Made by a program: the position numbers and the translations under genes. 26,604 nt of DNA from Candidatus Stygibacter frigidus (GTDB taxonomy: Bacteria; Cloacimonadota; Cloacimonadia; Cloacimonadales; TCS61), in assembly GCA_030765325.1 (NCBI GenBank), contig JAVCCT010000055.1, positions 1 to 26,604 on the forward strand, written 5' to 3'. The stretch's first letter is position 1. Every line of letters begins with the position of its first letter. The notes under the pieces are model-generated. The model was not told the DNA's origin and did no database searches. It worked only from the letters and a program-made list of their open reading frames with translations. Shown in pieces: positions 24,095-26,604 of the stretch.

Positions 24095-24266
24095 AATGCC
24101 CTGGATGGGCATTACAATAATAGCCATGGGTTTCAACCTATGGTTTCAAAATTATATGAAGTCCCCACCCATCCCGTTTTCGGCTTCGCCGAAAACGGGA
24201 TGGGTGTGTTTTTTATAAATCCCATGGGTTGAAACCCATGGCTAGTTTAGTGTAACCCTTGCGGGT
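24095..24266. repeat. Composite palindromic element: inverted REP-like arms around a perfect 19-bp hairpin
   Basis: TAGCCATGGGTTTCAACCTATGG (24121-24143) matches the reverse complement of 24222-24244 at 22/23. The centre is CACCCATCCCGTTTTCGGC-TTC-GCCGAAAACGGGATGGGTG (24166-24206). Short outer hairpins lie at 24095-24113 and 24255-24266. Confidence 0.85.
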
Positions 24267-24457
24267 AAAGAAAAAATTCATGAAATATTAACCTGTAAAA
24301 CACAATTTAACAGTATAATAACCTGATATTATCTTAAAAAAAGGAAATGCCAGCTTTCAAGTAAAATATTCATAATTCATGTTTTATCTGTCAAGTTTTC
24401 GTCACACCAATCACTTCTCACTATCAAACAACTAACCTTCCGTAATCATCAATAGCC

Positions 24458-25216
24458 TCATTCTATTACTACAACACTATCAGTCAGATTGCTCATAATG
24501 TTACCATTGTATTGAAAATTATCTATACCAATAATCGTCTCACCAACACTTAAGGCGGTAAAATTAAAGAACGCAAGTGGTCCTTCACCTATAATTGGCT
24601 CTACATTTGCCATAGCTATCATTATCACACCTGGTTCAGGTTCGTTTACTGCATACATCATATTACCAGCTAAGGTGTTATATAAAGAAGCACTATTATA
24701 ATCAAGATAATTAATATCATAGCTTATAGTGCACGAATAGCTACAAACTGACAAAGATGAATCTATTAAAGTTGTAGTGAGTGCAATATCAAAATAAGCT
24801 CCATTATTAACGGTGATGCTTTCCAGAGTAATAACAGGATTTATAGGATCAACAACGTTGACTAAGACTACATCAGAAACGGTAGAAGAGTTATTACCAT
24901 CATCTACTATGAAAGTAACTGTTTCAGTACCAGTCCAGTCATCTGGAGCACTCATCTCTACTATCAATCCTGTAATAGTAATAACTATCTGAGTATTTCC
25001 AATGACCGTTAGTGTGAGAACATCATTATCTTCATCATTAACATAAACAGAAAAATCTTCAGTTAGCGTTTCGTTTAATATGAAACTGAAATGCCCAGGT
25101 AATTCTATAGAGGGGAGATGGTTAACATCATTGGGATTACCTGTATTGGTGGATTCCGAGCAGCCAGTCAATAGCAGAAAGATTCCAATAAATATAATAA
25201 CAGTAATCTTTTTCAT
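24458..25216 (-). CDS. Lipoprotein with a cadherin-like/Ig domain and a cohesin-like domain
   Basis: ATG 25216 follows AAGGAG, with lipobox LTGC. NHLPSI...VNDEDNDVLTL...DDWTGTETVTFIVDDG is Ig/cadherin-like. ISYDINYLDY...PGVIMIAMA...GEGPLAFFNFTA is cohesin-like. Confidence 0.7.
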   Translation of the reverse strand: MKKITVIIFIGIFLLLTGCSESTNTGNPNDVNHLPSIELPGHFSFILNETLTEDFSVYVNDEDNDVLTLTVIGNTQIVITITGLIVEMSAPDDWTGTETVTFIVDDGNNSSTVSDVVLVNVVDPINPVITLESITVNNGAYFDIALTTTLIDSSLSVCSYSCTISYDINYLDYNSASLYNTLAGNMMYAVNEPEPGVIMIAMANVEPIIGEGPLAFFNFTALSVGETIIGIDNFQYNGNIMSNLTDSVVVIE

Positions 25217-25278
25217 AGAATTCTCCTTCATCTAATATACTTATTAACTGTATTTACTTCTTTTACAGTCCAGTTTTT

Positions 25279-25306
25279 ATTTTAATAAATAAAATTATAC
25301 TGTCAA
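25279..25306 (-). promoter_or_regulatory. Sigma70-type promoter candidate for the cohesin lipoprotein
   Basis: Minus strand TTGACA (25306-25301), N16, TAAAAT (25284-25279). Confidence 0.6.
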
Positions 25307-25466
25307 TATTTATTTTTTGATGTTCGAGACGGGGAGAGAGAGACTGTTCAGTCTTTATGGTTAATTTATCCCTGATGGGGATTCACTATAATAGTTTCAG
25401 GTTGGCACGAAGTGACTACCTGGGGTTTATGATATAATAAGACATTTCTCCCCCAAACACCGGCTT

Positions 25467-26604
25467 AGGCATCGTAACGAAATAACATGATCACCTTAGA
25501 TTAACAACATCTTATTGTATAATTCCATTCTCCGTGAAATTCCTCTCTTAAAATATTAACTTCTGACAGCTCCTTTTTTGAGATTTTTATTCCTTTAGGA
25601 TATTCTCTTTTATCAAGATTTGATTTTACAATTAAACCTGCATCTGTTTTTGTAGCTGCAATTAGTTTTATAACTACTTCGTAAGACACCAAAGGTTTTC
25701 CTCTCCAATTTTTAGATATATATGAAAAAAGCCTATGTTCAATTTTATTCCATTTGCTTGTACCGGGAGGGAAATGAGATACTGTAATATCAATTTTTAG
25801 TTCATTTGCTAATTTCTGGAGTTCAATTTTCCATAACCTTACTCTCGAACCATTACTTCCTCCCCCATCCGCCGTTATAAACAATCTTGAGGCATTAGGA
25901 TATGTTATTTGACCCATCTCATACCACTACATCCTAATAGAATTTACTGCAAACATTGCGGTATCATGATTCACTCCTACATTTACCCAACCCTTATTTT
26001 CACTGACATCATATACTCCGTAAGGGATTGCTTTTCCTTCTGCTTGACTGGGAAAATCATATACGTTTACTTTTTCTGGATTACCTTTAGAATGCCATTC
26101 TTGTCCGTTATTCTTATAATTACCAACAAGTTCTTTCTTTTTGGTATCAACTGAGATCACAGGATCTCTATTTTGTTGAAACTCTTTTACTTTATTGTGA
26201 ATGAAGTTAAACTGCTCATTGCGGTCTGGATGTCCCTTCCCTTCGTATGTTTTTCGGTTTCCCTGCAAACTGAACCCATTACTTTTTAATATTTCTCCCA
26301 CTACTCTATGACTGACATTATAACCTTTTGTCTTGAGTTCTGCAGACAAATTTCTTAAACTTTTACATGTCCATAAAAGAGAGGAATCAGGTTCTCCTCT
26401 GATTTCAGGTTCCAATATTTCAAATAGTAGCTTTTCAATTTCAGGATATTTGAAAACTGCTTTTTTTCTGCCACCTCCGGCCTGACGAATTCTCGATTTT
26501 GCTTCTTCGTTTTCACCCTTTTTAAGGTCTTCCATTCCTTTGCGAATTGTATTTCTTGAAAGCCCAGTAGCTGATGAAACCACCGAATTACCTCCATAAC
26601 CATA
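25467..26604 (-). mobile_element. ISAzo13-family insertion sequence, right part (runs off the window)
   Basis: Contains the transposase below. The right end is placed tentatively near (CTT)AGGCATCGTAACGAAATAA at 25464-25485. The partner end is outside the window, so the boundary is uncertain. Confidence 0.7.
25501..26604 (-). pseudogene. ISAzo13-family DDE transposase interrupted by one in-frame TAG
   Basis: The two ORF-track pieces are in one frame, separated by TAG at 25927-25929 (NSIRM*WYEMG). Motifs: YGYGG...GLSRNTIRKG, VISVDTKKKELVG, LFITADGGGSNG, PPGTSKWNKIEHRLFS, FHGEWNYTI. The frame is open to base 26604. Confidence 0.85.

Noticed and set aside
25331-25453. Scattered short hairpins and a 7-bp GGGGAGA/TCTCCCC long-range match next to the IS end
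   Set aside because: The stems are 5-7 bp, within chance expectation, and match no RNA family I recognise.
25927-25929. Amber (TAG) read-through or recoding, suggested by in-frame TAGs here and at 16091
   Set aside because: arsC and tldE end in TAG at normal family lengths, so TAG behaves as a stop in this genome.
25909-26154. 81-aa Cys/His-containing ORF antisense to the transposase
   Set aside because: It is a shadow ORF within a conserved transposase, with no RBS or family motif.

Overview
AT-rich bacterial window, probably Candidatus Cloacimonadota or a related FCB-group lineage. This is inferred only from the 'NYPNPFNP...IYNxKGQ' C-terminal sorting domains and the SPY/beta-helix surface protein. 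1-12.1 kb (+): a tightly coupled operon made of a REC-cNMP regulator, an atypical PilT-family ATPase, a fused PilM/PilN-TPR protein, a fused PilO/PilP protein, a very short secretin, an Fn3/LVIVD lipoprotein and a 1150-aa CTD surface protein. A terminator and a small CTD protein follow. 12.1-18.0 kb (-): arsC, tldE, tldD, a ~1.1 kb non-coding gap with several structured motifs, and gpmI. 18.3-22.7 kb (+): an orphan ABC solute-binding lipoprotein, thrS preceded by a coupled uORF candidate, and kdsD. 22.7-26.6 kb: a GxxExxY nuclease-fold gene bracketed by perfect 31-bp inverted repeats built from 9-nt tandem units (top finding), two Dabb proteins, a composite palindromic element, an Ig+cohesin lipoprotein and a nonsense-interrupted ISAzo13-family transposase cut by the window edge. 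Most sizeable intergenic gaps from 12.6 kb onward hold a different palindromic repeat. All family calls come from motif recognition by eye; no database searches were run.
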